A DNA stretch of 64,000 nucleotides, from assembly GCA_004022145.1 (NCBI GenBank), contig RCNU01000001.1, one strand, 5' to 3'. The position numbers and the translations under genes are program-made. This stretch comes from Paecilomyces variotii. Its lineage: Eukaryota. This document shows positions 13,045 to 26,344 of the stretch, piece by piece. Numbering within the stretch: position 1 is the first letter of the stretch; each line of letters opens with the position of its first letter. Below the pieces are notes generated by a model. The model worked only from the letters and a program-made list of their open reading frames with translations. It did not search any database and had not been told where the DNA came from.

Positions 13045-15538
13045 TCAGACAGCAGGCGGAGCAGCAAAGGAATCAGGAATGCCGTCAAAAACCCAATTTA
13101 ACGAATCGAATACGTCGGAGAAACTCGCCTCGCTGATGATGCCACCGTTATGATCGAAGGGCGAGAGGAATAAAGTGGGATCGTTCAGAGAGTTATCTTG
13201 CGGTTGAGTGACAGGTCCGCTGGCCGATAGGTCGGGGTTCTGGTTCGATACGGAAGAAGCTGGTTTCTCCATGTTAGCTGGTATGTCCTCCCCCAGAAAA
13301 ATCTGGGTAAACCCACATTGCGTATCGTCTGTTGGCTTGGCCGGTCGGAATCTTTGACGCCAGCGCCAGACGGTATCGTATACGTGACTCATGCTCATCC
13401 TACAGCGGACTTTGAGCTGTAGAGCGTCATCTCCCGAGGCTGATGACCCGGAGCCACTCGCGTTCCACATCTGAGAGAGGACATCCGCAAGGCGGACTGG
13501 TCGGTCATGGTCCATCACGCTGATGCGTCTTATAGCGGAAATGGCGCCGTTGAAGAGGAACTTTCCTTGGTCTAGGTCGATTTGTCGAGAAAAGGAGCTC
13601 TTGAGTAGTTTCATGAGGGCAAATGCAGCCGAGACCACCATCTGCAGTATATAATTGGTGGCATGACTGAGTAAGTTTCCCGGAGATGTCTCTAGGTCCA
13701 AGACTCGTCCAAGGAATGATGTTGTCGCGACGAACAGGTTTGTTAGGTCTTCAATCCTGGCATTAGTGCCAAGGAACACAAAGTATCGCAAATGAAGGTC
13801 CGCAGCGCGGAGGTGGATCATATTGATCTCTGCAGAGGGTCAGTGAGAACGGGCCGGATGAAGGTTAAAATATTTCGTACGTGATATATCCTGTCCAAAT
13901 TCCAACTCCATTTCTTTCAGTTCTCCCTCCAAAATGCGCACTATGAGCAGCTTCTCTGCTGTTGCAAAGTCAGCTGGATCGGGTTTGCTGCTATACAGTC
14001 CTTTGGTGACTCTGTCACAGAATTTCTCGATTCGGAGCCGAATGCGTATCTCTTCTGGAATACGATAGTCCGCCACCTTCAGAGAGGTCGGTTCTATAGC
14101 CCAGTCGTAGATAGTTCCAGGTGGCTGTCCATAGCCAGTTGCAACGCTGCCAAACCAGTATAAGCTCTATGTGATCCTGACAGTGAAAAAGGCTATAGCA
14201 CTTACTGCTGAGCAACTATGTTGCATATTATCCAGGTCTGCAGTCTATCCTTCAGCTCTTCGCCTCGGACCTCGATTCTGAAAGTGGTGAATTCTTCCGC
14301 TTGAACGGGACGATGCAAACCAAGTTGCATAGCCACCTGCATCATCAGACCGCTGAGCATAAAGGTAGGGTCCGACCTCTGACTTGTAGTGGGCAATGGC
14401 CATGTGCAGAGGAGGCAAAGTGCCTTGACGACATGATAGTTCTGCGGGACAGTCGTTATAGTCGACCATAACAGCCTGCTAAACGGCTGAGTAAGGGAAC
14501 CAAGGAGGCCAGGCTCCGATGGAGCACGACGACTAGCCACAAAGATGATGGTCCATGCCAGAAGAAGCGAACTGCGCATATATTCATCTGCTCCTTTCAT
14601 AGGATCCAACAGAGGGAGAAAAGGGTGGTAGTATTTGAAGTATCTTTATCGATATCAGCCAGTGGCCCTGGATGGGTATAAGTATGCTTACTGTTGAAAT
14701 AGTCGTGCCACTGTTGCTTTGGATATAGTAATATCCTCCAATGACCAGGCATTATCATCGTCCAAGAGGATTGGTGGTTCCGTTGCCCGTAAGGACAAGG
14801 GCGTCTGGAGAGCTTGTTGTGTTTCGACTGATGCATGCAGTGGTGGAACCCTGGTCGGAGGACTAGCTGTTCCACGAAATATGACCTCTGAAGGTTGATC
14901 TATCCTTTCAGTCGGATTAATGTCAAAAGACGGCTGCGGCCGATGTTCGCCATTTTCTAGCCGTTGTCGAAGATCTGCAATTTCTCTCTCCATTTCGGCG
15001 TTCCGTCTGTGATGAAAAAAATAGTAATAGACGTGTCAGATGTACATCCATGGTGGACAACAGTCGCGTCTTCTTTCCGGGTATCTGCTTTACCTTCTTT
15101 TTGATATCCGCTTGAAGGTAGGCTCGACCTTGCAGTCGATGCCCAATCTTCTGCAACGCGAACATGTTGCGGAGGGCACTTGAACAATATCACACCGCAA
15201 CTACAGAGATTAAGTTGATTCAGCCATATTTCTATCATCTCACAGCTATAAGACGAACAACAACAGCATAACAACAACGACATATGACGGCTCACTTTTT
15301 GCTGTTTACACTCATTACAAGCTCTTCTACTCCCTCCTCGACGTTTGCGAATAACGGGCTGAAGCTTGTCTGCTTGGCAGTTTCCCACACTTCCACTGGA
15401 TGATATATCGGAAGCTGTCATGGGGCGATTATTCCCCGGGTTGCTCCGAATGTCGCTCTGAGGTATCGTAGGTGAGACCAAGGTGCCGGGTGCGGCAAGT
15501 CCATTCGCTCCCATGGCGCCCCTGAACCCGAGTTCCAT
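13045..15538 (-). CDS. Zn(II)2Cys6 transcription factor (Sef1/Leu3-like) with fungal TF middle region, multi-exon
   Basis: Spliced zinc cluster RRACNECKQQK/LRCDIVQVPSATCSRCRRLGIDC, a coiled coil MEREIADLRQRL, and downstream exons with KALCLLCTWPLP and MQLGLHRP. Exact start (15538 vs 15514) uncertain. Confidence 0.85.
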
Positions 15539-16296
15539 CCGCACCAGCTGATGCCCGATGAATAGCAAATGACGATATAATGTTTCTCAAAAGACAATGT
15601 ATGATCTTTCAATATCGATAATGACACAGGGGAACTTCGACGAGGAGAGTGACATGGTAGCGGGAACCGGCAGAAAAGTTGCTATGGCGAAACTCGGCAG
15701 TTTTTCATTTCGGATGCTTATTAAGCGGCATCAACCTGCACCGAGATGGCGTGTTCTAATAACAGTATTATTCCCCCTGGGAACTGACTGTGATTTTATA
15801 TTTGACATAATTGAGGTTGTTACACGCTTTGTGGTTTCTGTGCAATTGAGATTACATTTATTGCCAACTTGAAAGGTAAAAAGGCATTGCACCCTTAAGA
15901 GTCGGTACTTCAGGCACAGCACGTGCTCATGCTAACTATATACATTCAACTTTCGAAGTTATGCCCGCGGCGAAAGCCACATGTACAAACTTTTCTTTAT
16001 TTTTTGAGGGGAAATATCCTTATATCTATGCACTATAGAATATATCGCCCAATGGCTAGTCTACAGGTAGATATGTGGTTCGTACTTCGCTACAGATAAC
16101 TAGCAGAGCAACTCTGCTTTTTGTTAACGTGGTTATCTCCGATTTTCGGTTCTTCGTCGATGTCACGTGGTATCTGTATATTCCCATAAGGATTAATGGT
16201 GATTCTCACCGCATCGTCAGTCTAAGCTCCTGGATGCATGCGGGCCCAGCAGTAATAGTTATAGGGCTGACAATTACTAGGTAGATAACACTACTA

Positions 16297-16664
16297 CAGT
16301 AAATCCCCGCTATAACGAACCCCCTTATTACGAATTTTCCGCTATAACGAATTTTTTTCAGTGCCTGATTTAATCCCCCATATAAAATTCGTTAATTCCT
16401 CGGTATAACGAAATTCGTTACAATACTCTAGCTTACCACTGATTTTATATGGGGGATTCGTTATAGCGAGGGATTAGTCATAGCTAATAACCAATAAAAA
16501 TCCATAATTTCTTGAGATTTATTACATAATATTGTAAATTTTCTGTCCCTTACTGTGATTACATAATGCAAATCACTTTTTGCTAATATTCGCTATTACG
16601 AATACCACGCTATAACGAATTTTTTTCCGTGCCTCATTCAATTCGTTATAGCGGGGATTTACTG
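16297..16664. mobile_element. Non-autonomous Tc1/mariner (pogo/Tigger-like) MITE, 368 bp
   Basis: Perfect 23-bp TIRs CAGTAAATCCCCGCTATAACGAA (16297-16319 and 16642-16664), TA on both flanks (16295-96, 16665-66), internal copies of CGCTATAACGAA, AT-rich, no ORF. Confidence 0.9.
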
Positions 16665-17209
16665 TAGTTACTAGTAATACTAGAGTAGCGTCACTCGCAT
16701 AGAGCGTCAAAGGAACCTTGCTTATCTATTTAGATGATTCGCACGGTCGCCCATAGATCGACTACCATAATTCTCAGACACGTGCATCCATATTCCATAT
16801 AGAGTATGTTCTGCACTCGATTGTCGACTCTTGTGTGAAGTCCAATACATACACCTAGATGAGAGCACACTCTAGAATTAATAATAGTCTATAACCATAT
16901 AATTTCCGTTTAATTATGACAGCTGCTGCCCTGTGGACCTTGACGCCCAATGCGGCTTTGCGAGAGCGTGGCGGAGCTTCCCCGCTAACCGGCTCGTGCG
17001 GCTCCCGAGAGCTCCAGTACGTGGCTGAAAGGGGTCCGCGTTGCTATTGCGTAGGCTATCTACCCCGTACATAAATAACTATTATTTACTGTATAGCTCA
17101 CTGTCGCCATGGTTTAATGACTTCTGGTCTTGTCGACAATACGATACCCTATCCCAGAGCAGTCACACACTACGCGGGGATAGAGTCATTCTAAGCTTCC
17201 CCTCGTTCC

Positions 17210-19645
17210 ATGTCGGACTCCGCAGATGGCGCTCAGTCGCCTGGTGCGCCCTCTCAACATGGCGGTGATATTGCACCTCCAAGTGCCCGTCCCCTGTTTG
17301 GTGGAGATGGGGGAGTGACGGATACGGCGGGTGTCTCAGAAGAGACAGCAGCGCGTCTGCAGAAAGTCATGCATTCTGAGGTATGTCCCACCAAATTGGA
17401 TGCGGAATTGTAACTCACAGATGCCTCGATAGATTGGTGCCACAACTCTCCTGACGAGACTGAAGCAAAGCATTGCTTCTGCAAGGGTAGGTAGACATTG
17501 AATAACGGCTTGGCTGCGATGTGGATCTGACGGGTATCTCCAGGACTTCGCGACATTCTTGAAGAAACGAGCTGCGTTGGAAGAAGAGCATGCTCAAGGT
17601 CTTCGAAAGCTGGCTCGAGCCGGCCTGGACTCCGCGCACAAACCTGAACACCGACAGGGAAGCTACAGTCGCAGTTACGAGGAAGTCAACAGAATCCATG
17701 AACGCATGGCGGATCACGGCCAACAATTTGCTGTTTCCTTACAGCAGATGTCGGAGGACTTGCAAGAGCTGGCAACGAACATCGAAAAGGGCCGCAAGCA
17801 TTGGAAGCAGACAGCGCTGAGCGCGGAAAAGAAGGTCCAGGAAGCCGAGAATGCGGCAGAGAAGGCCAAGGCCAAGTACGACACGCTCGCAGAGCAGTAC
17901 GATCGCGTGAGAACGGGCGATAAACAGTCTGGGAAATTTGGATTGAAAGGCCATAAGTCTGCGGCCCAGCATGAGGAAGAACTTCTTCGCAAGGTGCAGA
18001 ATGCAGACAATGACTATTCTTCCAAAGTCAGTGCTGCCCAGGCGGCCAGGCAGGAATTGGTATCGACTTTGCGACCTCAGGCGGTGCAGAATATCCGTCA
18101 ATTGACTACCGAATGCGACTCTGGTCTTACATTACAGTTGCAGAAATTTGGTATGTCCATCATAGCCGCTGGTAGAGAGAAGATTGGCTGACAGGTTGGG
18201 TAGCTTCATTCAACGAGAAACTGCTTCTTGGTACTGGTCTCTGTGTGAGTCCGCTGAAGGATGCAGCAGCCGGACCCAAGAGTCTACGCGAAGTTATTCA
18301 TCAAATCGACAACCAGAAAGATTTTAACGACTATGTCTTGAGTCATTCCGGAAATCCTGGCGCGGTGACTGCGCCAGAAGTCAAATATGAGCCTCACCCG
18401 GTAATATTAACCCAGGCGTCCATCTTGCTAGGCTTTTATTTCTGACTTCCTGCTAGACTCTAGCTCCGAATCCACCTCCAGCCGCTCCTCCAGCCTCGCA
18501 GCAGAGTCCTCTGAGCAAAAGACAGTCAACGCTGATGCTCTCTTCTCCCACTACCTCGCAACCGCCTGCGAGCTCTCCTAAGCCTGGACCACAGCCCTCG
18601 CAAAATCTCAGCCCAATACCTCCGCTAGCATTTCAGCAACAGCCCGACTCCCTTCCGTCACCGCAGCAGTACAGTCAACGCTATCTTCCGCCAGGGCCGT
18701 CTCAACCGCCGTATCCAGTCTCTCAGCCCTTATCTCCGCAGGATCGACTACCCGCGCAGCATGGCAATGGATATCAGCCGCCCAGCCTGCCACCCGTGAA
18801 GCCTGTGTTCGGCGTTTCGCTCGAGGACCTCTACCGGAGGGACGGAACCGCAGTACCTATGATCGTGTATCAGTGCTTCCAGGCTGTAGAACTATTTGGG
18901 CTTGATGTGGAAGGGATCTATCGTCTTTCAGGAAGTGCCAACCACATAAATCACATGAAAGCACTCTTTGACAATGGTAAGAATTTGTCACTAGCTCGTT
19001 CAAACGCAGGGTGCTAAAATAGCGGCGAACTACAGATTCGACTCAAGTGGACTTTACAAACCCTGATAGCTTCCATCACGACGTGAACAGCGTTGCTGGA
19101 CTGTTGAAGCAATTCCTCCGGGAGCTCCCAGAGCCCCTTTTCACCACTGCATATTATTCTGATTTTATCAATGCGGCTCGTGAGTTTGGCCACTTTCAAT
19201 GGTGCTTATGGTGTCTCTAATCAAGCTCTAGGGATCGACGATGACATACAGCGACGCGACTCGTTGCACGCTATCATCAACAATTTGCCCGACCCTCACT
19301 ATGCTACGTTGAGAGCCTTGATCTTGGTACGTATTTGGAGAAATCAAGCCAGCAGGTTGTCTGGTCGGATGAGACTTACTAAAGACTTACTAACGAGGGT
19401 TATGCAGCATCTTAATAAGGTCCAGGAACACTATGCGACGAACAGGATGAATGCTGGTAACCTTGCCATCTGTTTTGGGTAAGCTCCATTGCCATAGGTA
19501 TATTCATATTTTGGGATTGCTAACATGCATTAGTCCTACTCTTTTGGGTGCTAATTCAGGCGGCAATATTGCGGACGCGGGCTGGCAAGCCCGAGTCATC
19601 GAAACAATCCTCTTGAACACCTTCCAGATCTTCGATGACGATTAG
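17210..19645 (+). CDS. RGD1: F-BAR (FCH) + RhoGAP protein Rgd1, multi-exon
   Basis: F-BAR segment FLKKRAALEEEHAQGLRKL, a Pro/Gln-rich linker, and RhoGAP motifs PVFGVSL, GLDVEGIYRLSG, DVNSVAGLLKQFLRELPEPL, NRMNAGNLAICFGPTL. Confidence 0.92.
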
Positions 19646-21184
19646 CTAAGTCTTTGGCTTCGACATAGCATTTACGTCGAGCAAGCGTGATTTAACTTTG
19701 TAATTCTATTTCGCGTATCTCTTGCAATACCTTGGAATATCGCTTTGATGCTTCTTCATCTTTACCTGTTTAATACCTTAGTTCTCACAAGTACCTTGCT
19801 CTTCCGGCACCGTTGGTATGATATTGTCATTATACACTGTTATCATTCTTAATACGCATGGCTTCTCGCTGCTATAGACTCTACACCAGCACCTAGAGAA
19901 AACATAATGTTTTCAGCCAGCCAACTATCCGCTCACAGCATTACCTGGTCAAAGCTATCTATTTTATGGAATCCGCCACTGTTCACTTTCTGCTGTAAGT
20001 CTTCGCTTCAGAAAGTTCACTCCGTCCCACTTGTCGGCTAATAAACGCTTCCACGTCTCCGTAGTATTACCAGACTTAGCCTAATCAAGGAATTCGAATC
20101 CAAGGACGGGATTGGCGTTTGTCCTCTATATAACGGCTTCCACAAGGCACCCGTTAGCTGGAAGCCGGGAATGTCATCGATTTTATACTCTGTGCCACTG
20201 GTCTTCAAGTGGCTAGCTATTAGGTTCATACAAGGGGACATACTGAAGCCGTAGCACTCCTATCGAGAACATAATTAGCTGAGTCCGTCAAATACAATGA
20301 CTGGTCCGAACAATACACATAGGACGTTACACAGGGCGGTATAGCCGAGGCACAGTACGGCAAATGGAGAAACCCCTTTACGCGTACCGACTCCCCGACA
20401 TTCTACATCCCGCATGGTCTAGCTATACGAAGTCGAAGCCGCACACACCGCATCATGAACTCCAAGATATGCAATTGTCCTTTACGTAGCAGATAAATGA
20501 GGTTTCGGAAAGTCAGCCCCTTTGACAAGATTCACCAAGATGATCGTGTGAGTTCAGTATCCGAACCTTCGGGTTTTCAAATTTGGCTCAGGGAGGCCCT
20601 TCTCCAAGAATTTGACTCTCCCCAAACCGAACTACGCAATAACTAGGAGAATGATAGACAGTCTATATATCTTAACAACCAATTGTGAAGCATCGATTAC
20701 TCTATTCACAAATAGCTGCCCTAATAAGATTCCATGCCAAGCTTTCCCCGCATCGATTTACTCCATACTATTCAGATCTCCCCGGATTTGGCCCTCTCCA
20801 CATCTCCCCGCAGCCCAGCATTCCTTCTTTAATGCTCAAGATGGTCAAGTGGTTTCATCGGTCCGAGGTCTAGAGTCACTGTACTTATCGACAAGTGCAG
20901 TATCCGACACAATGGCTGTTATCAAACGTCGGATACGGTACAGTCCGTAGTGCTGTGTTTGGTTCATCGCCCGATATGCGTAAGGGCTGAGGGTGACAAG
21001 GAGCCCTGTTATGATGACAGGGTTTATGTATAAAAGAGAATAGATCAGCTCAATTTGAAATTGAAGTCGTGGCAGGAGTAAATTAGCCAGTCTGCTTCCC
21101 CCACCCCCTCGGTCAAAGAGTTTGCGCTCATCTCCCGTCTTATCGATGTACGCCGTCTTATTGCAAACTAATTAGCAAGGGAAA

Positions 21185-22789
21185 ATGGCAGAGACAACAG
21201 TCATTTCCTTCTTCAAGGCCTATACCGGCTACATTATACTCGTGTTACTCGTTCTGAGACTCGTTACCAACAGATTCAGACGAGGACTTGCTGGGATCCC
21301 GGGCCCGAAGCTTGCGAGCTTCACGGCGCTGTGGAAGCTGTATAGTGTCTGGAAGGGTGATCACCATAATACTGAGATACGCCTACATCGCAAATATGGG
21401 CCCCTAGTGAGGATTGGGCCAAATCATATCTCAGTGGGAGATCCCAAGGCGATCCCGGTGATTTATGGCTTGAACAAGGGATTTACTAAGGTAGATGGAG
21501 ACAGCCAGATATTGGAGCTTGAGATATACCAAGCATGCTGACATGGAATACTATAGACGGCCTTCTACCCAATCCAATGCATATCATGGAACAAAAAGCC
21601 GCAAATGAACCTTTTCTCATCCCGGGATGAGCAGTATCACCGCGATCAAAAGAGGTCCGTAGCCAACGCATATAGCATGACCTCACTCTTGGAACTGGAA
21701 CCTGCTGTGGATTCATGCACTGAGATCTTCCTTTCGCAACTACATCGGCTTGCGGATTCCAAGACCCCTGTGGATCTGGGAATGTGGCTGCAATATTACG
21801 CTTTCGATGTCGTCGGTGAATTTACCTTCTCGAAGAAGCTTGGCTTCCTCCAGGAGGGTCGTGATGTCGATGACATGATCAAGGCCATCGAAGGCATGTT
21901 ATTGTATGCCAGTATTTGTGGACAGGTGCCAGAACTGCATCCTTTTCTCCTGGGTAACCCTCTATTCCCCATTCTTGTACCTAGTATGGAAACATGGAAC
22001 CAGGTGCTGCAGTTCACTTTGAAGGCGGTTAACTCTCGAGCATCATTGCAACGAGATGGAGAGCTCGAGGAAGGTCACCAGGATGGTGGGAAAGATATGC
22101 TCTCGCGGTGGATGGCAATTCACCAAACGGATCCTGAGAAGCTGTCCACGCGAGACGTCATTGTCCATTTATCCACGAACGTCTTTGCCGGCTCCGATAC
22201 CACGGCTATTGCCATGCGCGCAATTTTATACCTGCTCCTCCGCCACCCTGAGAAGCTGGCCAAGGTCCGCGACGAGATCGACAGGGCAGACCGCGAAGGG
22301 AAACTCAGCAACTTCATTTCATACCGCGAGTCGTTGTCAAGCCTCCCGTATGTGGGCGCTGTGATCAAAGAAGCCATGCGTCTGCATCCTTCTGTTGGCC
22401 TTATCCTCGAGCGCCACGTTCCCAAGCAGGGAGTTACACTCTGTGGCAAGCACATTCCCGGCGGAACAGTGGTTGGCATCAATGCCTGGGTGATCCATCA
22501 TGATGCTAATATCTTCCCGGATCCGGAATCATTCATTCCCGAACGGTGGATTGAAAGTTCTGAAGAGCGACTCAAGATTATGGAACAGAGTTACTTCGTC
22601 TTCGGATCTGGATCGCGCACATGCATCGGGAAGAATATCTCTCTGATGGAAATGCACAAGGTCATTCCACAGCTGCTGAGAGAGTTTGATATCATTCTGC
22701 ATAATCCCAAGGAAAACTGGAAGACGAGAAACGTATGGTTCGTTCAGCAGGAGGGACTCGTTTGTGATCTAGTCCCGAGGAGACGATAA
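21185..22789 (+). CDS. Cytochrome P450 monooxygenase (pisatin-demethylase/CYP57-like group), 2 exons
   Basis: N-terminal TM anchor, YGPLVRIGPN, intron 21491-21557, I-helix AGSDTT, ExxR (EAMR), PERW, heme motif FGSGSRTCIG. TATAAAAG lies about 155 nt upstream. Confidence 0.92.
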
Positions 22790-23384
22790 ATGTGACTTCT
22801 TTTCGTTCTCCTTCCAAACTTTCATGATGGAATGATGGCTACTAAGAAAGAATATATATAACTAACAGGATCCATTCCAAAGATTCGAGGGGCGGTTACA
22901 ATGCCTTTTTGTAGTTATATCCAAGCACAGTGTCAGATTGTATACAAATGTCGCTTATAATTTCTTGTCCAGACGCTCCTTGTAGCTCTCTAAACTTGTC
23001 AGGGGCGAGCACTTGGCAGCTAATACGGATTCCTGAAACACAACGGGCTTTTATATGCCAGGTCATAACTGTAGAATATAATTGATACATGATAATAATA
23101 ATACTGTACACTGAACCGGTGGCCAGGTTCGATTTGGAGTGTCGGAGATAGAGAAAAGGGCAGAGGACTGCTTTCTGGACATGTAAAATCGCTGAAATGA
23201 GAAGACAGCGCCGAGGATTGACGAAGACGTTTCTGGAGAATATTCGTCCGCTGCCCTAATGGCGTTCTTTGGAACTCCACACACTGTATTGTGCTCTCGA
23301 TAACAGACCTGACAATGCAGGAACATTCCTAGTGCGGCTACTGCTAATAGAAGTGTCCTGTTTTCATATCCAATTCGTGACGGA

Positions 23385-24559
23385 TTACGGCCTCTTGTTG
23401 CCCTGCATCGTCTCCCTCATGGCTGTTAGACGTTCGCTAAGAGTCAACCCTGAGGCAAAGAATGGGCTGTCAAGATCATCCACTGTCGTAGGGGCAGCGT
23501 GACCCCAAATGCGCCAGTCATCGTCTTCACCAGTCCACCTCAATTTCTGCAGGACGATGTATTCAGTACAATCCTGCTGCTTGACCTTTTCAACGTCCCT
23601 ATTGTCGGAAGCGGGTCTGACCCCACGTTTGGAACGGCCTGTAGATTGCCGGCTGGTGATCCGTACGATAACCTGTCGAACGCCGGAATTAGGTAGCTCT
23701 GGAATCTGGGTGGCACGATCCGAAACAACGCGGAGTCCAGTGAAGAAGGTCGCTGGAGTCCGCAGGTACTTCTCCAATTTCCAGCTAACCCTCTCGTCTC
23801 GAGCGCGTTTAGTGATACGCGAGCCGAAGTCATTTGCGAGGCCTGTGCAACAGATCTTGCGGAGGGTATCGGCATCGCCCCTAAGGTGTTCAGCATATAT
23901 GGTTAGTTACGTATGGAAATGAAATGTAAGCACCACCACTGGAGTAAACATACGCCGCAAATGCTGAATACATGGCTTTGTGAAGCTCCCGAGCAACCTG
24001 TCTTCGCTCCTTTAGCCGGAGCGGAAGTCCTTTATTGATCCATTTGCTGTATGCTAGGAGACTGCTGCCCAGTTAGCAGTGCTCTTCAAGACGGTGGTCA
24101 AGTGAAAGAAGGATCACCCTCGGCCTTTTAAGACCGGTCTTGGTGCCTCTTCACGCTGTCTGAGAAGAAGTTTGGGAACAGAACATACCCCACAAAATTT
24201 TGGAAGGCGGATTTTAGCCAGAGCCATTCCATCTGCAGTCTCTCTCGCGGCTGTTCAAAAATCGAAGGCATATCCCGCCATAGAGGCCGAATAAAGGTTC
24301 CTGGAAGAAGACCGATATCTTGCGGCAGGTCTGCTCTCGAGATTTCTCTCGTCCGTGTCCTGATACTAGGTTGAGCTGGTGTTCGAACAGGCACGTTCTG
24401 GCTAACGCCCCGTGAGCGTCTTTCTAAGGACTTCGAAAATAGCCTGCATTGTGATGATAGCACCGGAGATCGCTTCGACTGCGAGCGGAATTGCGAGACA
24501 GCTCCGGGTGACCGTGCGGTAGAAAACAGGAAATCAGAGAGTCGCATTGAGGACGCCAT
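23385..24559 (-). CDS. Mitochondrial Tim44-like domain protein (Mba1/mL45-like), 3 exons
   Basis: Arg/Ser-rich presequence MASSMRLSDF...; DIGLLPGTFIRP; spliced MYSAFAAGDADTLRKICCTGL...VRQVIVRITSRQ...EYIVLQK...WRIWG, typical of Tim44-like domains. Confidence 0.75.
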
Positions 24560-25111
24560 GGCCACCGTTGAACGAACAGAGCTGGATACAGCACGACCAG
24601 CGGTATGTCGGCGTTCCTGGCTACTCCAGAGGAAAATAAATCGGCGATGGCTTTTGCCCGCGGTCTACCCGATGCTTCGAGGTCACGTGATGCTCCCACC
24701 GGTCAAGAGAGTAACAATACTCAACTACGTGCCATCAGTTAGTTACCTAGTTATGAGAAATGACGCTTAAACCTACGTTCGTGGTCAATCCTTGCCTCTT
24801 GGACTTCATGAAATGCTGTCATTGCTAGCCAATACATAGGTATTAGCTGGCTAGCCTGTCTAAAGAATTGCTGCGGTGACATAGAGTCTCTGCAAGTTCT
24901 CTTTTCCCGCTTGACGGCTCATCCCTTTTTCTCTACTATACACTTACCATTCCACTCTACCTCTCTGCTTTAACGGCATTAACAGCACCCGGACAACGGC
25001 AGTTTCGACCTTCTCCTCACTTACCTATCATTCCGGTATCCAGAGTATCCTAATACCTCCCCATCGAATTATAACTGTACATCTTGCGGCTGTATATGCC
25101 GTGAAACAAGG

Positions 25112-26344
25112 CTGGCTTCCATCCGGCGCGATGCTCCTACTCCGCCCTTCCCTCCTTCGGCCTCTGCGGAGCCTCAAGTGATTCTCTCTCATCCGGAATC
25201 GAGCCTGACATCTCGCCCGGCCTTCTCTGCGAGCGCCATTCCCAGCGATGGAAGACGATCGCCGTCGCCCGCGTCGACTATTGTCCCTCCTTCTCCGGTC
25301 TCTTCCCACTCCGAATCACCGTTCAATGCTGCCAGTGTCAGTGAGGCCAATGCTCCCGTCCCGTCGGCGTTGCATCCCCGTGTGGCTGTCATTCTGGGCG
25401 TGGACCGCAAATGGTACATACCGCTACTGGTGTGTCGGGCACTGAGCACTGCACCGGCACTATGGTGGGGTCTGCGATGTGCTTTCACTTTCCTGGCGGA
25501 GCTGCTGCGTATCAGGCCGGGCATGTGGCGGGAAGGTTGGGCGGCCGCGATAGTAGGGAGTACGATAGCGGATTGGGACGTGGAGCGGAGATTCAGGGTG
25601 ACGGAAGTAGCTTTGGCGATTATGTGGGTATGTGAAGATCTATAATATATCTCGCCCAGATGCTGCAAGTATACTGAACTCTAATCAATTTCCAGTGCTG
25701 TGCTTCTGCATATCTGTCCTATTTCTTTGCTGATTGCATGATGTCTCGATGGTGGGTGTCGATACGATTATTTGTCGATTGATCCAGTCGAACTGGAATA
25801 TCTAACTTCAACAGGCTCCTCAATTACAGTCCTCCTGCTGTCGTGATTCGCCTTCTCACTATCAATGGCCTCATTTCTTATATGACATCCTGGGTTCTCT
25901 ATTTGTCCGGGGCGTCCTCTGACCCACGACTCCTCCTCCCGGCCTGGATATCAATCACCACCGTACGTGCCCTTTACCTTCCCTTTCCCCTTTATCATCG
26001 AATCTCTAGGATGCCACCGGCCAAGCAAACTGTGTGCTTAGAAGCGCGATCTACAGACATTGACCTTCCTTTACCATGCAACTCAAAATCACGCCACTAT
26101 CAAACGCGAGACCACCGCATCCATCTCCGTCCTCTCCGTCGCCAGCTTTATCAGTATGTCTTCCCTTCTACTCCAGCTCCACCTCACACGGGAGAACGAG
26201 CCTGAAGTTCCAGCTTTCGTCATTGCGAAGAAGCTATGGGAGTGGTTCTGCCAGGCCCTGCAGATGTACGCGGTACGAGATATCCACGGCGATCCCGGTG
26301 TGGGTGGTATAGGCAACGGGGGAAGCGGGGGAGTGGAGTTATGA
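25112..26344 (+). CDS. EOS1: EOS1-family ER membrane N-glycosylation protein, 4 exons; start codon uncertain (candidate CUG at 25112)
   Basis: LHPRVAVILGV...CRALSTAPA...TEVALAIMW/CCASAYLSYFFADCMMSRW/LLNYSPPAVVIRLLTIN...LLPAWISITT...SFISM match the EOS1 family. No in-frame ATG precedes the conserved domain. Confidence 0.8.

Noticed and set aside
16300-16660. Repeated CGCTATAACGAA units resembling a CRISPR-like array
   Set aside because: Irregular spacing, both orientations, eukaryotic context; explained as transposase-binding subrepeats of the MITE.
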